Origin: an uncultured Acidobacteriota bacterium
Lineage (GTDB): Bacteria > Acidobacteriota > Terriglobia > Acidiferrales > UBA7541
Length of the DNA: 64,000 bases
Direction of reading: 5' to 3'
Assembly: GCA_963810155.1 (NCBI GenBank)
Contig: CAWEMN010000016.1
Location: 131,090 to 195,089, forward strand
Positions within the stretch are counted from its first letter, which is position 1. Each line of letters begins with the position of its first letter. The translations under genes were made by a program, and so were the position numbers. The notes below the pieces were generated by a model. It was not told where the DNA came from. It saw only the letters and a list, made by a program, of their open reading frames with translations, and searched no databases. Positions 20,501 through 31,309 of the stretch are shown here, piece after piece.

Positions 20501-20953
20501 ATGACCACAAAATACATCGCCTTCTTTGTCTTTTTTGCGTTTGCGCTTTCCGCCGTAGTGTCCGGCCGCGCACAGACCGATACTTCCAGCCCGACAAAGG
20601 TCACTGGAAAACCAAAATCCACATCTTCCGGCCTGCAATATTGGGATATCACCGTCGGCACCGGCGCCAGCGCAACGGCGGGAAAGACGGTGACCGTCCA
20701 TTACACCGGTTGGCTCGACAAGGGCGGCAAGAAGTTCGACAGCTCCGTCGACAAGGGCCAGCCTTTTATGTTTCAGCTTGGCGCCGGCCAGGTGATCAAG
20801 GGTTGGGACCAGGGCGTATCGGGAATGAAGATCGGCGGCAAACGCCAATTGCGCATTCCGCCCGAACTGGGCTACGGAGCTCGCGGCGCCGGCGGCGTCA
20901 TCCCGCCCAACGCCACGCTCATCTTCGACGTCGAACTGCTCGGCGTCAAATAA
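20501..20953 (+). CDS. FKBP-type peptidyl-prolyl cis-trans isomerase (secreted)
   Basis: GGGAGA RBS before ATG 20501; signal peptide; FKBP core ([19 protein letters not shown]...[38 protein letters not shown]...LIFDVELL). Confidence 0.85.
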   Translation: MTTKYIAFFVFFAFALSAVVSGRAQTDTSSPTKVTGKPKSTSSGLQYWDITVGTGASATAGKTVTVHYTGWLDKGGKKFDSSVDKGQPFMFQLGAGQVIKGWDQGVSGMKIGGKRQLRIPPELGYGARGAGGVIPPNATLIFDVELLGVK

Positions 20954-20972
20954 CCGCCAGCACCTCATCGCC

Positions 20973-21000
20973 GCGATGCCGGCCATCAAGCCGGCATCGC
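20973..21000. other. stable 11-bp-stem hairpin between convergent genes (possible bidirectional terminator, no T-tract)
   Basis: GCGATGCCGGC-catcaa-GCCGGCATCGC. Confidence 0.35.
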
Positions 21001-21002
21001 AC

Positions 21003-22577
21003 CTACGGCATTCGACAGGCGAAGTTTTCGGCTAGATCGATGCTGCCGTTTCCCTTGTACTGCGCCACTTGGGGATACGGGCACAGCGGACGCGTGCGTA
21101 CGACAGTGCCTTTCGTGATCAGCGACGCGACGATCTCTTTGGGCGCCGTGCCGTGCTCCCGCCACTGCTCGAGCGGCGTCAGCGTGTCGAACACGTTGGG
21201 GCCCTCGCCTCCGCCGCAGTGCCCCATGCCGGGCACCATGTAGAGCCTCACGGAATTCTCCACCTGACTTGTGCCCAGCACGCTTTCGACCTTCTTGTAA
21301 TAGTCGATCGAGAATCGCGGCGCCACGTTCTGATCTCCCCAGCCGTGATAGATAATCAGTTTGCCTCCGCGCCCCACAAACGTCTTTAGATCTGGCGACG
21401 TCGCGCTTAGAACGCCGTTGTCGATCTTCATGGCCATCGCCAGGTGCTGGCTGAGGTCGAGGGTGCGGAAATCCCAGTTGGCATCCTTGAACACCACGTA
21501 TTTGAAAAGGTCGTCGGCCACCGCGAGCGGCCTCGGACCGCCCGCCGTCCCTGTCCACAGCAACTCGCTGCCGGGCTCGAATCCGGGATATAGCTCCTTG
21601 CCGGTTTTCGGATCGTTCAGGGGCGCGTAGATTTTCTTCGCCGCCTCCACCTGTGGCGCCGTGAGGCAGCTGGGGCCATCCGCGCCCTTGCACTGCGTCA
21701 CGGCCGGATCGAATTTGCAGAGCCTGGGATCATCGATGATGCCGTCCTTCAATCCATCGCGGGCGTCACATGCATCGAGCGCGGCCTGATGCAGCACGGC
21801 AAGTTTCTCAGGAGGAATCCTGCTCGCCGGATCCTTGAGGGCTGCCTGCGCCGTCGCCACCAGTTGAAAGCTTTCACCCGTTCGGTCATAGCCAGGATCT
21901 CCGGCGACGATGCCCTCGAAATCCTGGGGAAAGCGTTGCGCCTCCATGAACGCCTGCCTGCCGCCGCCCGAACAGCCGGTGAAGTACGACAAGCGCTGCC
22001 CTATGCCGTAGAGCGCGGCAATCGTCGTCTTGCTCTTGAGCGCCGTTTCGTGCACCGCGCGATAGCCGAAATCGATCAGCTTCTCGGGGTGGCCGAGCGC
22101 GAAGCTCGCGCTTCCTCCCAGGTGCCCGGTATCGGTGGACGCGGCGGCGTATCCGCGACGCAGTGCGTCCGCGAGCGCGACATATTGGATCGAGCCGCCC
22201 CAGCCGCCGTTCCCGACCTGCTGAAACTTGCCGTTCCATCCGGCGAGTGGCAGCCAGGCTTCCGCCTTAATGTCGGAGTCGCTCGAGGGTGTGAGGGTCA
22301 TGGCCACGCGGCAGAATGCAGGCAGGTCGGCGAACGCCTCTTTCGAGCCCTCCGGCGGCACGAACTGCCCCGCGGAAACCGCCTGCGCCGAAGTGACCGT
22401 CGCGTTCGGCAGGGTGAGCGACGCCAGCCGCGCACACGCGGCTGCGTCAACACCTCCGCCGCTACCCAGCGAAGTTCCCTCAAACCGTTCGGACACTTGC
22501 TGCGCGTGGACAATTGCGCCCAAATAAATCGTCCCGCCCAGCAATATGGCGCAGGTCACCGCGGAAAAGATCTTCAT
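21003..22577 (-). CDS. tannase/feruloyl esterase family alpha/beta hydrolase (secreted)
   Basis: GCSGGGRQ nucleophile motif and length typical of tannase/feruloyl-esterase family; GGAGG RBS before MKIF start; signal peptide. Confidence 0.75.
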   Translation of the reverse strand: MKIFSAVTCAILLGGTIYLGAIVHAQQVSERFEGTSLGSGGGVDAAACARLASLTLPNATVTSAQAVSAGQFVPPEGSKEAFADLPAFCRVAMTLTPSSDSDIKAEAWLPLAGWNGKFQQVGNGGWGGSIQYVALADALRRGYAAASTDTGHLGGSASFALGHPEKLIDFGYRAVHETALKSKTTIAALYGIGQRLSYFTGCSGGGRQAFMEAQRFPQDFEGIVAGDPGYDRTGESFQLVATAQAALKDPASRIPPEKLAVLHQAALDACDARDGLKDGIIDDPRLCKFDPAVTQCKGADGPSCLTAPQVEAAKKIYAPLNDPKTGKELYPGFEPGSELLWTGTAGGPRPLAVADDLFKYVVFKDANWDFRTLDLSQHLAMAMKIDNGVLSATSPDLKTFVGRGGKLIIYHGWGDQNVAPRFSIDYYKKVESVLGTSQVENSVRLYMVPGMGHCGGGEGPNVFDTLTPLEQWREHGTAPKEIVASLITKGTVVRTRPLCPYPQVAQYKGNGSIDLAENFACRMP

Positions 22578-22742
22578 CGGCATCCTCCAGCATAGGCAAA
22601 GGGCAGCGGTTGCGAAGGGTGCTCGGGGATTCCCTCGCCCTAGCCAATGCGCACACTTATACACCGCGCGCCCTAACGAATGAACCGAATTGTTGCTCGC
22701 CTCGCCCTCTTGTAAAGAGATGCAGAGATGCGCTTCCTGGCG

Positions 22743-23628
22743 CTACTTCTCGCCGGCATCAAACCGTGCAATCTCCGTGAGCGCTGACCAATCCTGCTGG
22801 CCCAGCCCGCGAGCCTGCGCTGAGATGCAGCGGTCGCGCACTACGTTTGCATACGGAAGCGGAACGTGAACCTCCATGGCCGCATCGAGAATCAGCCGCA
22901 CATCTTTCAATCCGCCATCTAGCGTGAAACCCGCATCGCCGAATCTTCGCGAGCTGATTCTCTCGACGTATTCCGTGGCAGCGGGCATCCACATCTTGAA
23001 CATATTCGTGAGAAATGTCGTATCGACGCCGCGCTTTTCCGCCAGGAGGTACGCTTCTCCAAAAAGCTCCAACATTCCTGCGACAATGAAGTTGCCCACG
23101 AGCTTCAGGCTCATGGCCACAGCCGGATCGGTGCCCACGATGAGCACCTGCCGCGTGTAGGCCTGGAAGACAGGCCGGCACCGCTCGACAACATCGGGCT
23201 CACCCGCCACGAAGGTCAAAAGCTGCCCCGCAGCCGCGGCATCCGGACGCCCCGCCACCGGCGCCGCGATGTAGTGGCTGCCTTGCGCCGCGTGCAACTG
23301 GGCAAGCCGCGTGCTGACCGTTGGTGAGATCGTGGTCGTGGAGATATGGATGGCGCCTCGACGCATTCCGGCCAGAAGGCCGTCGTCGGTCATCATCGTC
23401 GCAATCACCGATGCGTCATCCATCAGGTTCGTCACGACGATGTCCGCCGCAGCCGCAGCCTCCCGGGGAGTTCGCGCGGCCTTCGCGCCCGCCGCCACGA
23501 AGGGCTTGCTCTTCTCCGCGGTCCGGTTGAACACCGTCAGAGGGAACCCGGCGCGCTGAATGTTGTGCGCAATTCCAGAGCCCATGCGCCCGAGGCCAAC
23601 GCAGGCCACAGAGAGAGAGTTAGAGGTC
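22743..23628 (-). CDS. NAD(P)-dependent oxidoreductase, 3-hydroxyisobutyrate/6-phosphogluconate dehydrogenase-like
   Basis: VGLGRMGSGIAHN dinucleotide-binding motif; AAGGAG RBS before MTSNS start; ~295 aa. Confidence 0.75.
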
Positions 23629-23935
23629 ATGCCCAGTCTCCTTTTAGTAGCGTGTTCGTGCTGTGCCTGGGGAATACTATCCGACGAATTGCTGCGCGAC
23701 AAAGTGCCATCTCTGTGATACGGTTAGCGCAGCTTAGGGGTGGTGTTCTGCACCGTTCGATCCCGTATTTCATTTTTGACAGCCATGCGAAGGCCCAGGT
23801 CCTTGCCGCGCCGTCTTCGATATGGACGGCTAGGCGACTTTTAAGCTTGGCTTAATCTTGCTCAGAGTATGAGCAAGCACAGGTGTGTGTGTATTTGATC
23901 CTCAGTTTGTCCAAAAAGGGGTGGAGGTGACTTTG

Positions 23936-26900
23936 ATGAAGCGTAAGTGGGTGTGTGCTTTGAACAAAGCGATTCGGGTGGTCACTTGTTTGACTTGTGC
24001 GCTGTTGTTAGTTGGATTCCCACTATTTTCCCAGAGCAATACGGGCCGTATTATCGGAACCGTTACCGACCAATCAGGCGGCGTGATCTCTGGCGCCGCT
24101 GTCGTCGTGACGAACACAGAAACCGGTGTGGCGCGAAACCTGGTTAGCGACGCCGCCGGAGAGTTCATCGCGCCCAACCTGAACCCGGGCAAATATTCCG
24201 TTCGCGCCTCGATCGCGGGCTTCCAGGCGTTTGAGCGCCAGAACATCGAGTTAGAGGTCGGCAAGGATGTCCGCATTGACGCACAGCTCACTCCTGGTCA
24301 GATCACGCAGACGGTTACCGTTTCGGAGAGCATTCCGCTGCTGGACACCACCAGCGCCACGGTCACCGGAACCCTCGCTACGGCCACGATCACCGATCTG
24401 CCCTTGAACGGCCGGAATTACCAGAATTTGCTGCAATACCGTCCCGGCGTGACCACCAGACCGGGCGGCGGAACGCTGACGACGTCGACCAACGGGCTCC
24501 GCCCCGAGGACAACAATTACTACGTCGAGGGCTTGGACAACGATGAGCCTTTCACCGGGCAGAGCATCATCAATTCGACGCTTCCTGTCGGGGACGCGGC
24601 CACGTTTGTGCCTATTGACGCGATTCAGGAAGTCAACGTCCAGACCAATTCACCGGCGGAATTCGGCAAGCGGCCCGGCGCGGTCATCAACGTCGGCCTC
24701 AAGTCGGGCACGAACACCCTTCACGGTACGGCGTTTGCCTTCGGGCGCTCCGATAAATTTGATTCGGGGGAGTATGCGTTCCCCGGCCCGGCACCCAAAC
24801 AGCCTGCGGAACTCGAGCAGTGGGGCGGCACGGTGGGCGGGCCCCTCGTAAAGGACAAACTGTTTTACTACGGTGCATTCGAGCGGCAAACCTATAACGT
24901 CGGGGCTAACTATCCGGTTGTTGCGCCAACGTCAGCATCCATCGGGAATCCAACGCAGAGTATTCCTGACGCCACGGCTGCGTTAGTAGCATCGTGCGCC
25001 GCGAAGCCCGCTCAGACTTTCTGCGGTCCCGGGGGCAGTTTCGTCGTGAATCCCCTCAGCGCGAAACTATTGCCGCTTTTCGGGACAAACAACACCAACA
25101 CCGACCTCCAAAACTATGGTTTCCCCAACATCGTCAGTATTTATAACACCCTCGGCAAGATCGACTACCACCTAAGCGATCATCATACGATCGCTGGATC
25201 GTATTTCTTCGGAAACGGTACCACACTGGCGCAGAGCATAACGGGCCCGGGAATCACCCAAGCCTTCTTTAGGGACAACGCCGGACTGCGGGCCCAATTT
25301 GTTACTACGAGCTGGACCTGGACCCCGAATTCAACGTGGGTCAACGATCTTCGGTTCGGATGGAATTTCCATCATCGCGTTGACCACGTGGACGACATCG
25401 CCACGCCTCTCAGCACTTATGGCATCAACACCGGCGTGACGAATCCGGTCCTGGGCGGCTTCCCGACGGTCCAGATAAATGGGTTTTCACAACTCGGCGG
25501 CGATCAAAATCTGCCCAAGTCCTATGGCCCGAGCAAAGATTACGACATTGTGGATCATGTCTCCTTTTTGCGCGGCAAACATGCCTTTAAGTTTGGCGTG
25601 GAGACGCTCTTTATGAGGCCGTTCTTTGGCAACTTTTCCGGCGGCCGGGGAGTCGTATCCTTCGGCACGACTAAAGGCGGCACGGCTTTCGCCGGTTCTA
25701 CCCCCTTGGAGGATTTTCTTGCCGGGACCCCCGATAAAAGTGCCGGCGGTACGATTCTCAACGGCGACCCGCGTCGGGCCCTGAGGCAGGAGGACTATTC
25801 GGCGTTTTTCGAGGATGTCTGGCACATCCTGCCGCACGTGACGGTGAACTACGGCCTGCGCTATGAGTACTTCACCCCCTTAGCGGATTCCAACAATTTG
25901 ATCGGCAACTGGGAACCCAAAGTGGGTTTCGAGCAAGTCGGCGTGAATATCAACTCCGCTTACAACGGTTATCACAAGGACTTCTCTCCGCGAGCCGGCG
26001 TGGCTTGGGATATCGGCGGTAAGGGCAAGACGGTTATCCGCGCGGGCGGCGGCGTCTACTACGTAGACATGGTGATTGGTGCCATGGTCGATAACATCTC
26101 TCTCCCCGGGAAGCCGTCGGGCATTACGGCGATTCCCACGGCATTGAGCACTTCGGGCACTGTGACTCAACCACCGCTCAACCCGGCCGCAAGCGGCGGT
26201 ATTTTAACGGGCTTTATTACCTTACCCGGTAATCTGCTCAACTGGTCTCCGGCCGGCCCGATCTTCCCGTCGGGGACGGTAAAATGCGGCGATGGCGTCA
26301 CGCCGGACCCATCGAACTCTAACAAGCCTTTCTCGCCGTGCAGCGTACTGTCCATCAACAGGAACCTCGTTCCACCCCGCGTGGAGACTTGGACCTTTGG
26401 TATTCAGCGCACTTTGAGCAACAACTATACGTTGGAAGTGAACTATATCGGCGATCACAGCGGCAATTTGGTTGGCATCCAGGATCTCAATGCGTTCAAT
26501 CCGAACAGCCCCGCCGAGATCGCGTGCGGCCACTGTGAAGCCGTCACGGACCGCCCGTTCTACTCCCAGTTCCCCTACTTGCAGTTCATCAACTACATGT
26601 CTAATCTGGACGCGTCGAATTACAACGCGCTGCAGACAACTCTGACCGCGCGCGGTTATCACGGGCTCGGCTTCGTGGCTGCCTACACCTATAGCCATGC
26701 CTTGGACGACTCCTCCGCAAATCGCAACCAGCAGGTTCCGATGAACAATTTGAATCCGGCCCTGGACTACGGGAACTCGAATTTCGACCAGCGCCATCAC
26801 TTCTCTTTGACGCTGAACTACGCCATTCCCGGGAAGAAAAGGGTTCGGCCAGATGCTCGAGGGATGGAGCGTGAATTCGGCCATCCTGATCCAGAGCGGG

Positions 26901-27446
26901 TTGCCCTGGAATCCCGTGGATACCCGTGACATCAGCGCAACCGGAGATAAGAAGGCGGACCGTTGGGATTTCTTCGGCAATCCCAACGATTTCAAAGAGG
27001 GTAAATACCCCATTCCGTTCTTTAGCAACCCGGCCACTATGCCGGCGATGTGCACGCAAGAGGCTACGGCCATCGGCACTGCAGGCCCGGGCGGCAACTT
27101 GGCGACCTTCGGTTGCTTTGCCCAGGGCAATTCTGTGTTGATCGCGCCGCCAACCGGCACGTTCGGAACAGTCGCCCGGAATGTCTTCCGCGACGATGGC
27201 TTCCGCAATTGGGACTTTTCCTTGTTCAAGAACTGGACGGTCAAGGAAAGGCTTTCGGCCCAGTTCCGGCTGGAAGTTTTCAACATCCTGAATAACGCGA
27301 TCCTCGCGAGTCCGGGCAGCGGCGGCCTCAACGGTAATGGGAGTTTAGGCTGTGGATGCCAAACGCCTGACAGCGCGGGACAGAACCCGTTACTCGGAAC
27401 CGGTGGCGCCCGAGCCATGCAGTTGGGCTTGAAGCTGCTGTTCTAG
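23936..27446 (+). CDS. TonB-dependent receptor-like outer-membrane protein with N-terminal carboxypeptidase-regulatory-like domain (paralog 1); frameshift at A-run ~26837-26840
   Basis: GGAGG RBS, signal peptide, GRIIGTVTDQSGGVISGAAVVVTN CarbopepD_reg-like domain, long beta-barrel, C-terminal ...QLGLKLLF in next frame after gggaagAAAAggg. Confidence 0.75.
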
Positions 27447-27558
27447 GGAAACGCTAAACCTTAAAGTGGTCGGGGCCGGAGCCGCAAGGTTCCGGCCCTT
27501 TACCATTTTGGGAGTACAATCCCACGCGATGCGAACTCCTCCCCTTCTCCATCCTTGA

Positions 27559-28296
27559 ATGGATCACCATACAGTCGCGGCCGTCAGTATTTCGGGCAGT
27601 GGTCTCAGCGTGTTGGGTAGCCTCTATCTTGCTTATGACCTCCTCGGTGAACAACACGGCCCGTTGCGATTGCTTACGCGGGCCGTAACGTACGCCATCG
27701 TCTTCGGCGTCGGCTATGGCCTCGGTCTCGGTCCCTTCTTTGGCCTTGTTTCCGGTATTGCCACCGGTATCACTCTTTCGATCGAACTCAATCGAGTGGC
27801 TCGCGGGCTGGAGCATTATTCTCTTCCCTGGGAAGCGCTCTTCTCCGCAATGCGTGCGATCGGAGTTGGAGTGGGACTCTACAGAATCGTCGGCCTTGAA
27901 TTCGCCATTGTGTTTGCCATTGTCATCACAGTTGGCCAGATCGTCGGCTATTCTCGCGGCATGAGACCTACCATGGATTACGTGGCGTCTCGCCGTCCGC
28001 GTCTGACGCGTCGTCAGTTTTGGGGAACTGTCGTCCGTACCTTTGGCTATTTTGCCACGGCGCTGATCTGCAGCGCTCTGGTTCATCACGTGGACTGGTC
28101 TTTTGCAATTCGAGTAGGGCTCGTGACGGGCATTGTTACCGGCGTGGGGCAGACGATCATTCCTTATATCGAGTACTACGCGGACAACCTGCCGGAGCGT
28201 TGGCTCGGGGCCTTCGGCATCGGACTCATCCTTTGCGGCTTTGCCCTGCAATCGCTGCAGTATTGGCTCGCGTTATTTGACGTGCACTTGTCGTAG
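27559..28296 (+). CDS. hypothetical polytopic membrane protein
   Basis: 245 aa, ~6 predicted TM helices, glycine-rich; no family recognised. Confidence 0.5.
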   Translation: MDHHTVAAVSISGSGLSVLGSLYLAYDLLGEQHGPLRLLTRAVTYAIVFGVGYGLGLGPFFGLVSGIATGITLSIELNRVARGLEHYSLPWEALFSAMRAIGVGVGLYRIVGLEFAIVFAIVITVGQIVGYSRGMRPTMDYVASRRPRLTRRQFWGTVVRTFGYFATALICSALVHHVDWSFAIRVGLVTGIVTGVGQTIIPYIEYYADNLPERWLGAFGIGLILCGFALQSLQYWLALFDVHLS

Positions 28297-28443
28297 GTCT
28301 TGTCTCACCGGATAGAGCAGCCCCATCACCGCATTACCGGCGCGAGCCGCGCACGTTCGGGAAAGTACCTTTCGCGTCATCCGCGGCCCACAAACTCATC
28401 GCCCGGGTGCCGTCTTAACGGAGAATAGAAGGCGGAGGTAATC

Positions 28444-29139
28444 GTGACCTTACGCCGACTCCTTGTGCTTTGCGCGTTGCTGGGAGTGCTCATCGTCGGC
28501 TGGCTCGGATGGCGGCAGCCCTCATCTTCCCTGCATGCTGGGGGAATGCCCGCGCCCACAATCAGCAAGCAGCCGGTCACCTTTGCGACTCGCACGTTTG
28601 ATCCCACGGCACCGCCGGCCGATATGCCGCCGCTCTCCCCGGGCGAAGAGGCGGAGTGCGTTTCGAATTTCCAGTCTGAAGCCACTGTCGGCGGGCAGTC
28701 TCGGCGATCCGACGCCACGCACGCGATCGTGACCATCACGCAGATCAAAGTCGCGCTGGCACTCGACATCACCATCTGGGTGCCCGGCGGAGTGACCTCT
28801 CACGTGATCGACCACGAGCAAGGCCATCGCCAGATCTCGGAATATTACTACCAGACCGCCGATCAGGTTGCCGAACGCGTCGCCGCACCCTACATGGGCA
28901 AAGAGGTCGAGATCGCCGGCACTGACCTGCAAGCCGAATTCAACAAACTGCTCCAGCAAATGGGCGCCGAGATCACCGATGAATACAGCAAGGAGTTGAA
29001 CCCCGATCCGGCGCAACTGCGCTACGACTTCATCACCGACCACAGCCGCAGCGACGTCGTTGCGGGCGATGCTGTCGCCCAGGTAATCAGGAACCTGACG
29101 TTGACATCAACTCAGCCGGCCGCGATTCCAGGAAATTGA
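28444..29139 (+). CDS. secreted HExxH-motif protein (DUF922-like putative Zn-peptidase)
   Basis: N-terminal TM/signal, HEQGH motif (VIDHEQGHRQISEYYY), ~230 aa. Confidence 0.45.
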   Translation: MTLRRLLVLCALLGVLIVGWLGWRQPSSSLHAGGMPAPTISKQPVTFATRTFDPTAPPADMPPLSPGEEAECVSNFQSEATVGGQSRRSDATHAIVTITQIKVALALDITIWVPGGVTSHVIDHEQGHRQISEYYYQTADQVAERVAAPYMGKEVEIAGTDLQAEFNKLLQQMGAEITDEYSKELNPDPAQLRYDFITDHSRSDVVAGDAVAQVIRNLTLTSTQPAAIPGN

Positions 29140-29334
29140 CACACGCCAGACGAAACGCCCGGCCGAATCAGCGAAACTCGGGCGCTTCCGTGCGAAATCT
29201 TCAAAAGGTGGATGAATCGGGAAGCGGTCAATCCCCAATCGGCGGGAATCCCGTCTCTCGCTCAATGGCCGCCGGCGCCTGCGCGATTACCCGCCTACTT
29301 CTGGGCGCTCTTCTTCGCTGCCGCCTGAGCTGGA

Positions 29335-29992
29335 TTAGCGCTGGCCGTCGTGCTGGTAGCGGGTTTGTTGCCGGCGGGAGTTCACTCCCGTGGCATTCGC
29401 GGTCGTGGAATTCACAGTGGAACCGACTTCGTTAACTTTCTGTGCCGGCGCGGCAACCGCATTGTCCAATGCTGAGCTGACCTGAGTTTGGGAACCCTGC
29501 ACGCCCTTGTCTGCGGCGCAATTTAGGGCGTCTCCCAGTCCGTCCACGGTTTTCTCGGCGCTCGTTTTCAGCTTGCTCTTGAGGGAGGAGAACATGCCTC
29601 GCCTTCGCTTCTGGTTGGTTTGCAGCCGGAGCAGCCGCTGTCGAAGACGGCTGCGGGCATCCCGTCGCAGGGGCGGTCGCATTCGAAGCGCTCTTGGGAG
29701 CGTTAGCCGGAGCGGGAGTCCCTTTCGGCGCAGGGGCTGCTGCCACGGGAGCCGCGGCCGGTGCAGCGGGTGCTGCCGCGGGAGCGGCTGGAGCCGCTGC
29801 GGGAGCGGGTTTTGCCGCCGCAACGCTGGACGGGTCCAGCATCGCGTTGACGATGGTTTCGGATACGCCTGCCTGCTGCAGCTTCACCAGATCCTGAGGC
29901 GTAAGGTCGTACGGCTTGTTTTGCCGCTGGATGGTTTTCAGCACCAGCGATTCCGACACGTTCGCTTTCACCAGCGCAATAATCGTATCCAC
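29335..29992 (-). CDS. hypothetical protein with Ala/Pro-rich linker; N- and C-terminal parts in different frames (possible frameshift ~29600)
   Basis: N-terminal MDTIIALVKANVSESLVLKTIQ... then (PAAA)n linker; plausible C-terminal part MFSSLKSKLKTSAEKTVDGLG... is in the -1 frame with its own RBS-like GAAGGCGAGG. Confidence 0.4.
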
Positions 29993-30390
29993 TCCGTTGG
30001 CATCCGGCTGCCCTGCAACCGGTGCCGGTGCCGCGCCGGCCTTCCGTCAACGGCCCGATTCGTCTGCGGGCTTTGCGCCAAAAGCGTCGTCACCGAAGCG
30101 AAAAGCAGGAAGGGCAGGGCTCGAAAGCGCATGGTCGCATCTCCTTGAAAGACGTTCCGAATTTCTCTCGGGGGCCGGAGAGATACTTGTACCCAGGGTT
30201 TTCTTAAGCCGCACGTTATACACCCTCGGATGGCGCGTTGCACTGTTTTTCTTTGGAGGCAGGCTCGATTGCATTTTCAGCAAACGACTGGGGGAGTGGT
30301 GCCAAGCCCCTGCGTCGGCCGGACGCTACGATGGGGGCATCGAGGTGTGATATGCTTCTTACTATCTCGATGGCTACGGAGGCATTTCCT

Positions 30391-30979
30391 ATGAAAAATC
30401 TGGTTCTGGGTCTTGCGCTTTCCGTGCTGGTTGCCTTGCCCGTTTTGGCTGCGCTCAAAGTAGGCGATAAGGCGCCCGATTTCTCGGCTCGCGCTTCACT
30501 GGCAGGAAAAGAATTTAATTTTTCTCTGCAAGACGCGCTGAAAAAGGGGCCGGTGGTGGTCTATTTCTATCCCTCCGCCTATCACCAAGGGCTGCGATCT
30601 CGAAGCGCATACATTTGCGGAGATGAAAGATAAATTCGATGCCGCCGGCGCCACCATCATCGGCGTATCGGCCGACAGCATCGCGCGACTCGATCAGTTC
30701 TCGGCAGACCCGGAGTATTGCGCCGGAAAGTTTCCGGTAGCCTCCGATGCGAATCGCGAGATCGCCACGTCCTACAATCTGACGACGACCGCCGTAAAGC
30801 CCGGCCAGACGGATGTTCGCGGCGTCGCGATTGACCATGACTTTATCGAACGCGCGACTTTCGTCATCGGCAAAGACCACAAGATCATCGCCACGCTTTC
30901 GTCCAAGGACGACAATCTTTCACCCGATGCGCACGTGGAGAAATCGTTGGCGATCGTGCAGCAGCTCGCCTCCAAGTAG
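30391..30979 (+). CDS. secreted peroxiredoxin (AhpC/TSA, Bcp-like); frameshift ~30590
   Basis: GGAGG RBS, signal peptide, KVGDKAPDFSA...VVVYFYPSAY then frame change; second frame gives TKGCDLEAHTFAEMKDKFDAAGATIIGVSADS (peroxidatic Cys context). Confidence 0.7.
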
Positions 30980-31042
30980 AGCGGCTATACGTTCTAATTT
31001 GCGCGCAGCGCAAGTCGCTGCGGCGCAATAGAGCCTTACGCG

Positions 31043-31079
31043 AAAAGGCCGGCAGTTCCACTGCCGGCCTTTTCATTTT
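31043..31079 (+). terminator. rho-independent terminator
   Basis: AAAAGGCCGGCAG-ttcca-CTGCCGGCCTTTTCATTTT. Confidence 0.65.
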
Positions 31080-31309
31080 CCCTTGCTGGCGATTCCCTTC
31101 CTCCTCCGTCACGTTGACGGCCCCTCGTCGGGATGAATAACAAATTCGTTCACGGAGATGGGCCTCGGGTGTATAAGTGTGCCGGTTTGGCCATTATGAC
31201 GGCCCTGATTCCTCTTCAGCTGCGTTAGCGATGAGCTTGGCGACAGACGTTTTGGCGTGGAAACTCCGCAAGCTCACAGAATCTGCGCATCGTTAATCGA
31301 GGAGACAAC

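Noticed and set aside
20641-21693. Arg-rich ORFs overlapping the FKBP and tannase genes
   Set aside because: Alternative-frame artefacts; the called genes have RBSs, signal peptides and family motifs
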